From the IMG/VR virus record IMGVR_UViG_3300015245_000004, positions 1 through 64,000 of that record: 64,000 nucleotides of DNA. One strand, written 5' to 3'. The translations under genes and the position numbers were made by a program. Within the stretch, counting starts at the first letter, position 1, and each line of letters starts with the position of its first letter. Of the stretch, positions 16,599 to 25,637 are shown piece after piece. The notes beneath the pieces are model-generated. The model saw nothing but the letters and a program-made list of their open reading frames with translations, was not told the origin of the DNA and made no database searches. This stretch comes from a virus.

Positions 16599-17228
16599 TT
16601 ACCCCATCGTAAAACGGCCGCGTGCTATACTCCACTCACGGGACATAAACTGCGGCTCGGGTTGTTTGTCTACCTCATAGATCAGCTCATCAAGCATTTT
16701 GTAGCACTCGGCATTGGTCACCAGACCCTGCTCAATCTCGCGGCGTTGGTGGCCGAGGCTATCCAGGTGGTGCTCCAGAACGTTGTGCATGAAGTTCTGG
16801 TCCTCCCGCTTATCCTTCCGCTTGAACCGCTTGATAGATCGGTTGACCAACTTCTCGATCTTGGTCACCTCGGCCAGCGCCGCTTTATAGCTATCGCGGC
16901 CGGCATCTAGCGCCCTACGCATCCCCCGGACTATGTCCTCCTGTTCCGGCTGGCGGCCCGCCTTGATCATATCAACCAGCACCGCCTGATACGCCTGCCC
17001 TAACACCAGGAGCGTGGCGTGAAGCTGCTTATCTTCGGGCGTGCCGTCGTCCGGTGTTGAATTGGTTATTTGCTTGAGGGCATGCTGGACCTCACGGAAC
17101 TTCTCCGGGTCGCCGCCCCGGTCGGGGTGGTGCTGCCGTGCCTTCTTGCGGTATGCCTTCCGCACCTCATCAGCCGATGCGTCGGGCGGCACGCCAAGGA
17201 CCGCGTGCGGAGTTTTACTCTTTTTCAT
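16599..17228 (-). CDS. J-domain (DnaJ-like) co-chaperone
   Basis: N-terminus PHAVLGVPPDASADEVRKAYRKKARQHHPDRGGDPEKFREVQHAL carries the HPD tripeptide. The remainder is helical. Confidence 0.85.
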   Translation of the reverse strand: MKKSKTPHAVLGVPPDASADEVRKAYRKKARQHHPDRGGDPEKFREVQHALKQITNSTPDDGTPEDKQLHATLLVLGQAYQAVLVDMIKAGRQPEQEDIVRGMRRALDAGRDSYKAALAEVTKIEKLVNRSIKRFKRKDKREDQNFMHNVLEHHLDSLGHQRREIEQGLVTNAECYKMLDELIYEVDKQPEPQFMSREWSIARGRFTMG

Positions 17229-17424
17229 TGTCGGGGTCTTTGGGGTTCTTCAAGTCCTGAATCTCACTGCGTAGGTTGTCGATAATATCACTCCACGCAC
17301 TCTGATTATCCTTCAGGTCAACAAGAGACCACACTACATACCACACAAACCAACCCAGCCCACCGACGAGGCTAAACACTAAAAGTGTAATAGTACACAA
17401 ACCAACCTGCTCAAGCGCGTTCAT
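17215..17424 (-). CDS. Small membrane protein
   Basis: The ORF-track entry 17215..17613 is trimmed to the internal ATG (MNALEQVGLCTITLLVFSLVGGLGWFVWYVVWSLV...). One hydrophobic helix plus an acidic tail. The upstream part overlaps the TerS-like gene. Confidence 0.4.
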   Translation of the reverse strand: MNALEQVGLCTITLLVFSLVGGLGWFVWYVVWSLVDLKDNQSAWSDIIDNLRSEIQDLKNPKDPDNEKE

Positions 17425-18166
17425 TGCTACTGCCCTCCAGCATAGGTACGTCGATGGTATCGACCTTTTTGGTTCGCATCGCCTCCAGCAGCCGCTCCTG
17501 TAGCTCCACCGGAATATCCAGGGCGTCAAGGTTAACCGGCGCGTGCAGGTGGTTATGCTGCACCGTTCCGGCAACCTGTAAGTTTGTTTTGCGGGCATAG
17601 CCCCGCTGGGCATTCAGGGTTTCATTAGCGAACAGAATAGCCGACGGGATGCCCCGGCGGATCAGTTTGAACAACGCGCCCTCGCAGTAGTTCTGGCGGT
17701 GCCAGAATATCTCATCGGTTAGCGCGGCAAACTCCGGGTCATCCCTTACCCAGCTACTGAAGGTGGCCTTTGTAACATTCACGCGCCTGCAAGCCTCGGA
17801 CATGTTGAAATTGGCGTGGATCAAAGCATGAACGAATAGGTGCTGCCGCACCCGCGTACCGTTCTCGGCCAGCATTGCCTCGATGCGTTGAATACCGTTC
17901 GGCTGCCTATCCAGCAAAACTACCTTGTCCCATACCTCCTTCAGTGCGGGCGATAGCCGCTTGTAGACGTAATCGCCGAACTGCTCGTGGGTCGGCCCCT
18001 TGCCCCGCGCCTCATAGAGAGCCTTGTTGATCGCCGGCTTCTTCTTTTTCCACACTACGAAGGTCGCGGGGGTAACGCCCAGGGCGCGAGCTATCTGCGC
18101 GTCCTTCGCACCCTCGCGGGCGAGTTGGTAGATGCGGACGTAGTAGCTATCCTTCCAGGCAGCCAT
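17411..18166 (-). CDS. Terminase small-subunit-like HTH DNA-binding protein
   Basis: 251 aa with two HTH-like segments (DAQIARALGVTPATFVVWKKK; EACRRVNVTKATFSSWVRDD). It lies two genes upstream of terL. Confidence 0.55.
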   Translation of the reverse strand: MAAWKDSYYVRIYQLAREGAKDAQIARALGVTPATFVVWKKKKPAINKALYEARGKGPTHEQFGDYVYKRLSPALKEVWDKVVLLDRQPNGIQRIEAMLAENGTRVRQHLFVHALIHANFNMSEACRRVNVTKATFSSWVRDDPEFAALTDEIFWHRQNYCEGALFKLIRRGIPSAILFANETLNAQRGYARKTNLQVAGTVQHNHLHAPVNLDALDIPVELQERLLEAMRTKKVDTIDVPMLEGSSNERA

Positions 18167-18222
18167 ACTAAACCATAGCGGGCGGGGTATCGATCCTAAC
18201 GTTTCAGGGCGATTTTTTCAAC

Positions 18223-18717
18223 CTATCTGCCCTGATCCAACAACTGCCTCATGGTTCTAGTTATCTCTTTCAGCACGGTAATATCCCGTGCCTGCCGACC
18301 ATGTATTTCGGCGGCCTTAGTCATCGCCTGCGATAGCCGCGCATACTTGGCGGATAACTCGTGGATCAGTTCATTTTGCGCAACAACAAGCCTCTCCAGC
18401 TCCGCATATGACTTCCACGCGCCACCGCCGTCGCACTGGTCCTCAATGTAGCGAGCGCAATTCTTGAGCATGGCAAACTTATCTCCCACCGTTTTGTCGG
18501 CCGGCGGCAACCCCGCCGCCTCATATATTTTGCTGTTGTCCATCCAGCACTTGTCGTCGGCCTTCTGACTATGAACCTCCTCAACAGCAACCAAAAGGCA
18601 CTGAAGCTGCTCTAATGTAGTGCGCTCAGAAAAAAGAAGTCCGCTACTTGGCTTAGTCCGCAACTCCGCTAACAGAAGAATCAACTCCTGAAACCTAAAC
18701 ACTGGTCCGTGACTCAT
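18223..18717 (-). CDS. Hypothetical helical protein
   Basis: Trimmed to the ATG (MSHGPVF...) that forms an ATGA overlap with the methyltransferase stop at 18714. Confidence 0.45.
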   Translation of the reverse strand: MSHGPVFRFQELILLLAELRTKPSSGLLFSERTTLEQLQCLLVAVEEVHSQKADDKCWMDNSKIYEAAGLPPADKTVGDKFAMLKNCARYIEDQCDGGGAWKSYAELERLVVAQNELIHELSAKYARLSQAMTKAAEIHGRQARDITVLKEITRTMRQLLDQGR

Positions 18718-19292
18718 TTCCCCGCCCTCGTAAAGACAAAGATGTTGTTCCGATACCACCGGGCCACCAATTCATTATCGGCAATCAGCGGGCGGATCGG
18801 ATCGGAACGCACATAACCCCGCGCTGCAAACAACTCCTGCCAGTACTCATGCGGCTGCTCGTTGACGTGGTCGGTGCCGCCCTGGCCCGGCGTAGCAGCC
18901 GAGAATAGCACGTGTGATGTTGTTAAATTTGTCAAATACTGCACCAATTCCGGCGCATGGATACCAGCAATATGCTCGGCAACTTCCAAACAAACCACTA
19001 AATCAAACCCACTCGAAGGAGGTATTTTTTGAAGTTCGGTCAAGTTTATCACACCAAACTTATTGAAGGGGATGAATAAATCCTCGCAATCAATCCAATT
19101 CCCATCAAACCCTAAATAATCCGTAATTCCAGCAGCCACAAACTCCGATAGCCACACCCCCGTCCCACAGCCGACATCGACCACCGACTTCGGCCGGATA
19201 AGGTCCATGACCAACGGCACAATCACCTGGGCCGAGGAACGAGTAATGCCCTCGTAGTATTTGAACCACTCACGGGTGTACGGTGTTTCCAT
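18714..19292 (-). CDS. Class I SAM-dependent methyltransferase
   Basis: Motif I VVDVGCGTGVWLSEF and post-I/II DLVVCLEVAEHI. The start METPYTREW... overlaps the helicase stop (TAATG). Confidence 0.8.
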   Translation of the reverse strand: METPYTREWFKYYEGITRSSAQVIVPLVMDLIRPKSVVDVGCGTGVWLSEFVAAGITDYLGFDGNWIDCEDLFIPFNKFGVINLTELQKIPPSSGFDLVVCLEVAEHIAGIHAPELVQYLTNLTTSHVLFSAATPGQGGTDHVNEQPHEYWQELFAARGYVRSDPIRPLIADNELVARWYRNNIFVFTRAGK

Positions 19293-20683
19293 TAGAAAGT
19301 ACTCAGTAGTGCAGGGTTGGCAATGCCTAGTGCGCCGGCTACGTGGACACACTTCGATGACACAAACTCACCCTCGCGTAGCTCGGCATAATTCAGCCGG
19401 GTAAGCATCTGCTCCTTTTCCGGCTCGTGGACGTTCAGGCCAATCATCGCCGTAACGTGAGCATTCTTCCGCTTGTCGCCGCTGAAGTGCGAACGGTCGA
19501 TCACATCGGCGTCATAGCTGGCCTTATTGGACTGAGTGGCCGTTACCAGCAGGCAGTGCCGCTGGGATATAGACCGCAGGCCCATCCACGTCTCGTTGAT
19601 CTGATCCCGGCTTTCAATGGCACGCGACGGCGGGGAAAGAATGTCCGGGTAGTCAACCGCAATTATGTCGGGCACCCACCGCAGCTCCTTCTCCCAGCGG
19701 TCGAGGATCGACTCAATCCCGTGAACACTAATCGTATTAGCCCGGTGAATAGATAACTTCAGAAGCGACTCACCATGGTCCCGTGTTACCCGCTGGCAGG
19801 CCCCCCAGGCCGCCTGCCAACTATGTGGGTGCTTGAATTCCTTCTCATCAAAGTCCACCGTAGCGTACATATCATCGGGGCCGTGGGTAATATTAATCGG
19901 CCGCCGGCAAACGCCGGCTTTGAACGGCCGGCGCGATGCCCGTACCATAAACCGCCGCATGATCTGATTCTGCGATAGGTCGCCTACCTCGAAGAACGCC
20001 ACCTTATGGCGGGCCAGCATACCCCGCCACGCCACATCAAGTAGCCACCACGTCTTACCAACCTTCTCCGGCCCCTCAAACGAAACAAAGGCATCCCGCT
20101 CAAAGGTATCATCGAGAAATGTACCTAGTGCACCGGGATAGTTAATAAGCGGCTTGCCCTTTTCCTTAAACGCCTGCTTGATCGCCTCGACATCCTGCAG
20201 CACATCAATAACCGAGCCTTCACCCATCTCAATATGGGTGTGCTCGGTTGCCCTTTTTTGCGCCTTATCAATGTCGCCATTGGCGAGGTCACCCTGAATC
20301 AACTCGGCGAGGCGGGTTAACTTCACCCGGTTTAGGTGCTGGGCGGCCAGGTCGATCATGTACTCGGAGTTGGATTGCTTACGTAGTCGAGAGTATTCGC
20401 CCGATAGATCACCCAAAAACTTCTCAACTATTTTGACCGTGTCCTCGTCGTTCGCATCCTGCGCCCAGGTCTCAAAGATCGACTCGATGGCCTTACCGGG
20501 GGCCTTACCATATCGCTTGTAGAAGTCGCAGCACCAACCACCAATGATATTCGACCACCGCGCCTGCAGGGCGTCGCGCTCCCAGCGGCTGTAGATGCGA
20601 CCGAGGACGACCGCATCCACGATCATGGCGGTCACCACGCGCCGCTCGGTTGCACCATCCCGTTGTTCGATACGAATACTCAT
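19292..20683 (-). CDS. DnaB-like (SF4/RecA-fold) replicative helicase
   Basis: 463 aa. Walker A FEGPEKVGKTWW, Walker B IIAVDYPDIL, and LLVTATQSNK. A primase gene lies nearby. Confidence 0.7.
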   Translation of the reverse strand: MSIRIEQRDGATERRVVTAMIVDAVVLGRIYSRWERDALQARWSNIIGGWCCDFYKRYGKAPGKAIESIFETWAQDANDEDTVKIVEKFLGDLSGEYSRLRKQSNSEYMIDLAAQHLNRVKLTRLAELIQGDLANGDIDKAQKRATEHTHIEMGEGSVIDVLQDVEAIKQAFKEKGKPLINYPGALGTFLDDTFERDAFVSFEGPEKVGKTWWLLDVAWRGMLARHKVAFFEVGDLSQNQIMRRFMVRASRRPFKAGVCRRPINITHGPDDMYATVDFDEKEFKHPHSWQAAWGACQRVTRDHGESLLKLSIHRANTISVHGIESILDRWEKELRWVPDIIAVDYPDILSPPSRAIESRDQINETWMGLRSISQRHCLLVTATQSNKASYDADVIDRSHFSGDKRKNAHVTAMIGLNVHEPEKEQMLTRLNYAELREGEFVSSKCVHVAGALGIANPALLSTF

Positions 20684-21135
20684 GTATGAGCCACACCACG
20701 AACATCAAAGGTCCACCCGCAAGTCGTATTATACTCCCCGCTGGTTGTGTATACCATAATTGGAATTCGCTCGCATCGTAGACTGCCCCAACGAGATAGT
20801 AATACAGCCGGATAATACACCCCCAACTGAAATAAGTGCATCCCAGTACAAACCTTCACAGTTACCTCATGCACATACTTAAAGGCGTGGCCAATCACAT
20901 CAGGCCATGTATAAACATGACACTCATAGGGTCCACGCAATCTATAGAACTCCTGGTCACCCAGGCGAATATACAACAGACCTTTGCTGTACTCAGGCAT
21001 TTCTCCGAACCTCCTCGACTTTGGCACGTCCCTTGCTACTATGCCGGTAGGCACAGGAAAGGATGGCGTCCGATGAACATTTCCCCCAACCAACTCGCGG
21101 CATTTCTTGACGCCGAGGCGGAATTGCGCGGCCAC
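20680..21135 (-). CDS. Hypothetical protein (AT-richer island)
   Basis: 151-aa ORF with an ATGA overlap to the helicase start. No motif recognised. Confidence 0.4.
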   Translation of the reverse strand: MAAQFRLGVKKCRELVGGNVHRTPSFPVPTGIVARDVPKSRRFGEMPEYSKGLLYIRLGDQEFYRLRGPYECHVYTWPDVIGHAFKYVHEVTVKVCTGMHLFQLGVYYPAVLLSRWGSLRCERIPIMVYTTSGEYNTTCGWTFDVRGVAHT

Positions 21136-21196
21136 CTACCCAGCCCGGACGAAGCCGCCCGCCATTTTGGGCGGCAACGGGCCGCCATTTTGGCCC

Positions 21197-22024
21197 CTAC
21201 GGCGGCCCCGACCGGCTTTTGCCGGCACCCGGCCCCCCATCGCGGCCCCGGCCGGCACCGGCCATTTGGGTTGGCGTATAGGCTACCCCACTAACGGTGG
21301 CAACCAACATATCCCAAAGCTCGGGGCGGTGGGCATAACGGTTTGCCCACTCGCGCCCCGTTCGGCCTACCGTTTTATTATCGGGGTGCCAAACGAACGC
21401 GCGTAGGTTGCCCGACCAGGCATCCCAGCCCTGCAGCGCCGCGTTGACGGTTTGCAGGTGCTGCTCAACCGCGAACGCCGCGCCGGCTAACTTGGGGCGC
21501 ACATGCATGATAAACCGCGCTAGAAGATTGCGGTCGCCGGCGCTCATTTCGGCCGGCAAACGCATCCCGTTAAGACGGTTGGCGAAGGCCGTGAGGTTAT
21601 CCAGGCTTTGCTGGCATACCTCGGGTAGCTGCCCCTTCGACCCCTTCGGCCAACCGCGCCGGCCAAGCCGCGTAGCGGCGATGCGCGCCGCCTCGGTTAT
21701 TGGCGTTTGTGTGTTTTCGGTTTTCCACCGGCCGTAGGCCGCCAGGATGGCCGGATACTTCAGGCGGAAACTTTTGGCGCAAAAGGCCTGGGGTATAAAT
21801 GGCCGCCCCACTTGGGAGGTGTACCACAGCAGGGTTTCCTCGATTTGGCATATCCCGTAGCCGTCCTTGCGCAGCAGACTAAATTGTCGCGCCCATACCG
21901 ACATCCGACTACGGTGGCCGACTAGCGCTCGTTCAACCAGCGCCGCACAGAGCGTGCGTGCGTACAACCGGTCGGACGGTAATACGTTCGCGGGGGGCCG
22001 GCGTTCCTGCGGGAAAAATGCCAT
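21197..22024 (-). CDS. Hypothetical protein
   Basis: 275-aa ORF immediately downstream of the direct-repeat/palindrome region at 22077-22124. Confidence 0.45.
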   Translation of the reverse strand: MAFFPQERRPPANVLPSDRLYARTLCAALVERALVGHRSRMSVWARQFSLLRKDGYGICQIEETLLWYTSQVGRPFIPQAFCAKSFRLKYPAILAAYGRWKTENTQTPITEAARIAATRLGRRGWPKGSKGQLPEVCQQSLDNLTAFANRLNGMRLPAEMSAGDRNLLARFIMHVRPKLAGAAFAVEQHLQTVNAALQGWDAWSGNLRAFVWHPDNKTVGRTGREWANRYAHRPELWDMLVATVSGVAYTPTQMAGAGRGRDGGPGAGKSRSGPP

Positions 22025-22076
22025 AAAATTCGGCGACAGTGTGTTCTGTCTTCCTGTGTGTTCTTATCTATGTAAT

Positions 22077-22124
22077 AGTTACCGCACATCTGCGGGGTCT
22101 AGTTACCGCACATCTGCGGTAACT
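22077..22124. promoter_or_regulatory. Two direct 19-bp repeats, each containing a palindrome (operator or iteron-like)
   Basis: AGTTACCGCACATCTGCGG occurs at 22077-22095 and 22101-22119, with a 24-bp period. The second copy extends to the perfect palindrome AGTTACCGCA-CATC-TGCGGTAACT. Located between a wHTH-like gene and the next gene. Confidence 0.5.
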
Positions 22125-22141
22125 AGACAATTCTAGGCAAT

Positions 22142-22618
22142 CTAGCCACCTTCTTCCCATTCCTGCCGTAATTCCCCGACGATTTTGCGTCGGTGCTCTA
22201 ACTGACGCTTGGTTATCAGCGGCTCTCGACTAGCTTCGGCCTCCTCCGTCAACCTGTTCAGTACAGCGGTGATTATTCGCAGCCACCGTTTGGCTGGTAT
22301 GCCACGTTTTTCCACCTCTAGTAACCCCCGCTCGCGTAGCCGTGTAATAGTCCGAAGTTGTGTATCCGATGCAATGCCTGCATAAAACTCCATATCATCA
22401 ACTGTACAGTAAAACCAACCACCCCGATTATTTATATGCTCATAGCTTGCGGCCTTGTCGATCAGAAAGGCCATCACCTTCGCTTCAATCGGATCAAAGA
22501 TGAAGTCAAATATCTTGGGGTACATTCGCCAACGACTGGAGTCGTAGCAACGTAGCTCCCGACGATAATCCACACAAGGCACCTCTTCCTTCTTGCCATT
22601 GCCATTCGTTGATGCCAT
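22142..22618 (-). CDS. Winged-helix DNA-binding protein (replication-initiator or regulator-like)
   Basis: Trimmed to MASTNGNGKK... The segment ...DDMEFYAGIASDTQLRTITRLRERGLLEVEKRG is wHTH-like. The longer ORF-track form overlaps the Dam gene. Confidence 0.45.
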   Translation of the reverse strand: MASTNGNGKKEEVPCVDYRRELRCYDSSRWRMYPKIFDFIFDPIEAKVMAFLIDKAASYEHINNRGGWFYCTVDDMEFYAGIASDTQLRTITRLRERGLLEVEKRGIPAKRWLRIITAVLNRLTEEAEASREPLITKRQLEHRRKIVGELRQEWEEGG

Positions 22619-22661
22619 TACATTTCTCCTATTTTGAGAGGGGCGCAAATATGAGCCCCCT

Positions 22662-23414
22662 CTAGTAACCAAACCCGATGTTACTATTCGTTCCGGCACC
22701 GATGCAATACAGCCGCTCGACTTTATGTGTCGTACCATCGGTCGCTCGCAACGACTTCCTGACTTGTCTTTCCCATATAACCCTGGCACCACCAATCGGA
22801 CAGATGTACTCAGACACAAGTACAACCGATCCTAACCCAGCTTGTTGCTGACACCATTTCCAAAAGGCCGTGTTGTCGAACCCGCCAAGCCCACCAACCT
22901 TGCGGGTGCCCTCATACGGCGGGTCGGCGTAGATAACATCCGGCTGCTCGTCAATCCAAAGGCCCTTGGTATAATTCCGCACGCGGAGCTCGACGCCTTG
23001 AATCATGCGCCGGGACGACAATAGCTGGTTCCTGGCATGGATCGCGGCAACGGTTTTATTAACACCCTTCTCGCACCGTGCGTAACCACCAAAGAACACC
23101 CCACCAAACGAACACCCATAACCAACGAAAGCAATCATCGGATCGCGAGTCTTTGTGGTCTTGGCGACCTTCATCCAGTGCTGGTATTCTTTCTCCGATA
23201 AACTACCGGGCGGCTGCCAGCCATTCTGCATGGCCTTCAGCAAGTCGATGATATGAACATCCAAGTCCGAACCGTAGCGACGGCAATTGTTTATCCGTTC
23301 GATCATCCGGCCTGCGCCAACGAACGGCTCCCAATAGATACCGCCGTGCGGAATGAATGATTGGATCACCAAGGTGATGCCGCGTACTTTCGACTTCGAG
23401 CCGGCATAGTGCAT
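22662..23414 (-). CDS. N6-adenine DNA methyltransferase, Dam-like (D12 class), copy 1
   Basis: Trimmed to MHYAGSKSKV... SAM motif EPFVGAG and catalytic motif IYADPPY. Its ATG overlaps the copy-2 stop (TAATG at 23412-23416). Confidence 0.85.
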   Translation of the reverse strand: MHYAGSKSKVRGITLVIQSFIPHGGIYWEPFVGAGRMIERINNCRRYGSDLDVHIIDLLKAMQNGWQPPGSLSEKEYQHWMKVAKTTKTRDPMIAFVGYGCSFGGVFFGGYARCEKGVNKTVAAIHARNQLLSSRRMIQGVELRVRNYTKGLWIDEQPDVIYADPPYEGTRKVGGLGGFDNTAFWKWCQQQAGLGSVVLVSEYICPIGGARVIWERQVRKSLRATDGTTHKVERLYCIGAGTNSNIGFGY

Positions 23415-24049
23415 TAAAACCCAAATCCTATTTGTGTTTTTACTTGTGGTGATAGACAATAGAGTTTTTCGGTTTTGTGCTTGACTCCATCGGCAGACCG
23501 AAGTGACTTCAAATACGTCTTTTGCCAGACCACTCGTGCCTGTTTCAACGGGCAACTGTACTCGGAAACCAATACGGCCGTTCCTCCTTTAACTAGCCGC
23601 TCGCAGAACTTCCAGAACTCATCATGATCAAATGTGTCCTTAGTTCCTACCGGACTTGTGTTAGCATAGGGTGGGTCCATATAGGCAAGATCAAGATGCC
23701 CCATACCCCAGTAACCTTCTCGGTAGTCTCTTACTTTGAAATCAACACCCTCTAATTTGGGTTTCTGCTTGAGAATCGAAGATCGGGCCACTTCAGCTAT
23801 GGCTGGATCGGTTTGGTTACGCACGTGACGTGCGTAACCACCAAAGAAAACCCCCCCAAAGCAACAGCCATGCCCGACAAACGCGACCATCGGGCTATTA
23901 GATTTGGCCGCTCGTTTGCGCCATAGTGCATGATCTTCGGGTGTAACCCTTGTCGGCGGCTGCCAGCCATTTTGAATTGCTACGAGCATGTTAATGATAT
24001 GCCGATTGGTATCACTGCCGTACCGATTACAGTTTGTAATCCGCTCCAT
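23414..24049 (-). CDS. N6-adenine DNA methyltransferase, Dam-like, copy 2 (canonical start missing; homology extends to 24160)
   Basis: Catalytic motif AYMDPPY. The first ATG (MERI...) lies downstream of the SAM motif. The in-frame upstream codons encode IYYNGAKSKVKGLTGIIQGLIKPGGSYWEPFVGAGRI, with ATA (24158-24160) at the position where copy 1 has its ATG. Confidence 0.75.
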   Translation of the reverse strand: MERITNCNRYGSDTNRHIINMLVAIQNGWQPPTRVTPEDHALWRKRAAKSNSPMVAFVGHGCCFGGVFFGGYARHVRNQTDPAIAEVARSSILKQKPKLEGVDFKVRDYREGYWGMGHLDLAYMDPPYANTSPVGTKDTFDHDEFWKFCERLVKGGTAVLVSEYSCPLKQARVVWQKTYLKSLRSADGVKHKTEKLYCLSPQVKTQIGFGF

Positions 24050-24164
24050 GATGCGACCGGCCCCGACAAAAGGCTCCCAATAAGAGCCGCCGGGTTTAAT
24101 GAGCCCCTGGATAATACCAGTAAGGCCTTTTACTTTAGACTTGGCACCGTTGTAATATATGGTT

Positions 24165-25034
24165 CTACTCCAAAAATCGTTTACGCAGTTCCTTGATATC
24201 AGCCTTCGAGGCCGCCGCCGCGTCCTTCGCCGATAGCGTCACGTTGTAGGTTTTACCGGGGAAGACCATGAGATCGTTAGCAAGCGCGGACGCACGTCTA
24301 CGTGCAGCACGCTCAGTATCAAACAGTACGACCCGTGTGGGGTATAACGCCATTTGTAAAAGCTGTCGTCGTGAGTATGCCGTCCCGCAGGTGGCCACGG
24401 CCCCTGGTCCAATGGCCCATACGTCGAGAGGGCCTTCCACAATGATCGCCACGTGCTTAACATAATCCCCTCCGTAAAGTAGCTCCTTGTGCGGTAGCTT
24501 TTCCTCGTTAACCCCCGCCGACCGATACCGCATAGTGTCGCCCGGCGCGATTGAGCGGGTGGTCCAGCTAACCGTTTCGCTCCGGTGAATTATCGGGATG
24601 AACAGCCGCCAGCCGAGCCGGGGGGTCTGCCCGATCCCCGCAACACCCCAGAGCCGCTCGATTTCGTCCGGGTCGAACCCCCGACCCTTCAAATACTTGC
24701 GGTGCGCCGGCCCCATAGGCTCGATGAAGTCCGGTAACTTTAGCGTCCCGGCATGCCGTTGCCGGGGCGGCCCCGCTATACGGTCCAGGCCATCTATTAG
24801 CGCCCGAACGCGGCCGTAGGGTAGCCCCAGGGCCGCCAATAGGTAATCGACAACCCGGACCCATCCGCAGTTCCAGCACGATAGATAACCCTTCGCCAAG
24901 TTGTACCCAAGGCGGTAGTGGCCGGGCCGGTTGCAAAGAATGCAGTCAAGCTGAATCCAACCCGACCGGCAGTGCTCATGGCCCTCGGCGAGATATGGAA
25001 TGCGATACTCATCAAGTAATTCGGTGAACTTCAT
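24165..25034 (-). CDS. DNA primase (zinc-binding domain plus TOPRIM)
   Basis: 289 aa. Zn-binding HCRSGWIQLDCILCN...SCWNCG and TOPRIM VAIIVEGPLDVWAIG ... VVLFDTE. Confidence 0.8.
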   Translation of the reverse strand: MKFTELLDEYRIPYLAEGHEHCRSGWIQLDCILCNRPGHYRLGYNLAKGYLSCWNCGWVRVVDYLLAALGLPYGRVRALIDGLDRIAGPPRQRHAGTLKLPDFIEPMGPAHRKYLKGRGFDPDEIERLWGVAGIGQTPRLGWRLFIPIIHRSETVSWTTRSIAPGDTMRYRSAGVNEEKLPHKELLYGGDYVKHVAIIVEGPLDVWAIGPGAVATCGTAYSRRQLLQMALYPTRVVLFDTERAARRRASALANDLMVFPGKTYNVTLSAKDAAAASKADIKELRKRFLE

Positions 25035-25203
25035 TATCGGCCTCGATGATTTGTTTCATATAGTTGACTAGAACCTTTTTCATGGACTCGTGGCGACGGG
25101 CGCACACCGCCTTGAAGCGGTCGAAGATTTCTATTGGCACACCGGCGATGATATAAGTGTGCAACCGCCGTCGGTTCTGCTCATCACGTTTTAACCGCAT
25201 CAC
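25012..25203 (-). CDS. Ribbon-helix-helix-like small DNA-binding protein
   Basis: 63 aa. LHTYIIAGVPIEIFDRFKAVCARRHESMKKVLVNYMKQII fits a beta-strand plus two helices (CopG/Arc type). Confidence 0.5.
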   Translation of the reverse strand: MMRLKRDEQNRRRLHTYIIAGVPIEIFDRFKAVCARRHESMKKVLVNYMKQIIEADNEVHRIT

Positions 25204-25253
25204 TCACCTCGCTCATGGTTGTTCTCCGAGGGCGGCACGGGTTGGCTGTCGGT

Positions 25254-25637
25254 CTAAGTTGCGGCGGCTTCGCCATCCGTGGCCCCTTTCAGTCGTTCCA
25301 CATCGGCCCGCAAGGCGTCTAGTTTGTCGTTCAAATGCTCCTCAAGTTTCAATAGCGTCTGGTTGGACTCTTCGAGCCGCGCGCACTCGTTCAGCAGTGC
25401 GGCAATGCGGTCGATGTTCTTGGTTTCGCCTTCACACATTAGTACACCGTCGCACCAAAGCGATGAGCCGTGTCTATCAGACACAACTGCCCACGTTCCC
25501 GCTGGCGTGGCGGGTTTGGCCAAGTAGTGCGTTGCCAGCAATTTCGCGTCAGCGAACCACAGCCAGGTCTCACGCTCTGGATTCTCGTCGTAATCGGCGA
25601 TCAGTCGTTCCGCCGCCGCTCGCAGTTCTTCGCTCAT
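25254..25637 (-). CDS. Hypothetical coiled-coil protein
   Basis: 127-aa ORF in the small-gene cluster. Confidence 0.45.
   Translation of the reverse strand: MSEELRAAAERLIADYDENPERETWLWFADAKLLATHYLAKPATPAGTWAVVSDRHGSSLWCDGVLMCEGETKNIDRIAALLNECARLEESNQTLLKLEEHLNDKLDALRADVERLKGATDGEAAAT

Noticed and set aside
16218-16910. 230-aa plus-strand ORF
   Set aside because: It spans the terL/J-domain junction on the opposite strand, and both sense genes have strong motifs.
17215-17613. Full-length 132-aa form of this ORF
   Set aside because: Its first 63 codons overlap the TerS-like gene in another frame. The ORF was trimmed to the internal ATG that yields a plausible membrane peptide.
24165-24180. 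Primase-methylase fusion by +1 frameshifting at TTT TTG
   Set aside because: There is only a T5 run next to a stop codon. No known +1 stimulatory context was recognised. It is kept as a low-probability alternative within the Dam finding, not as a feature.
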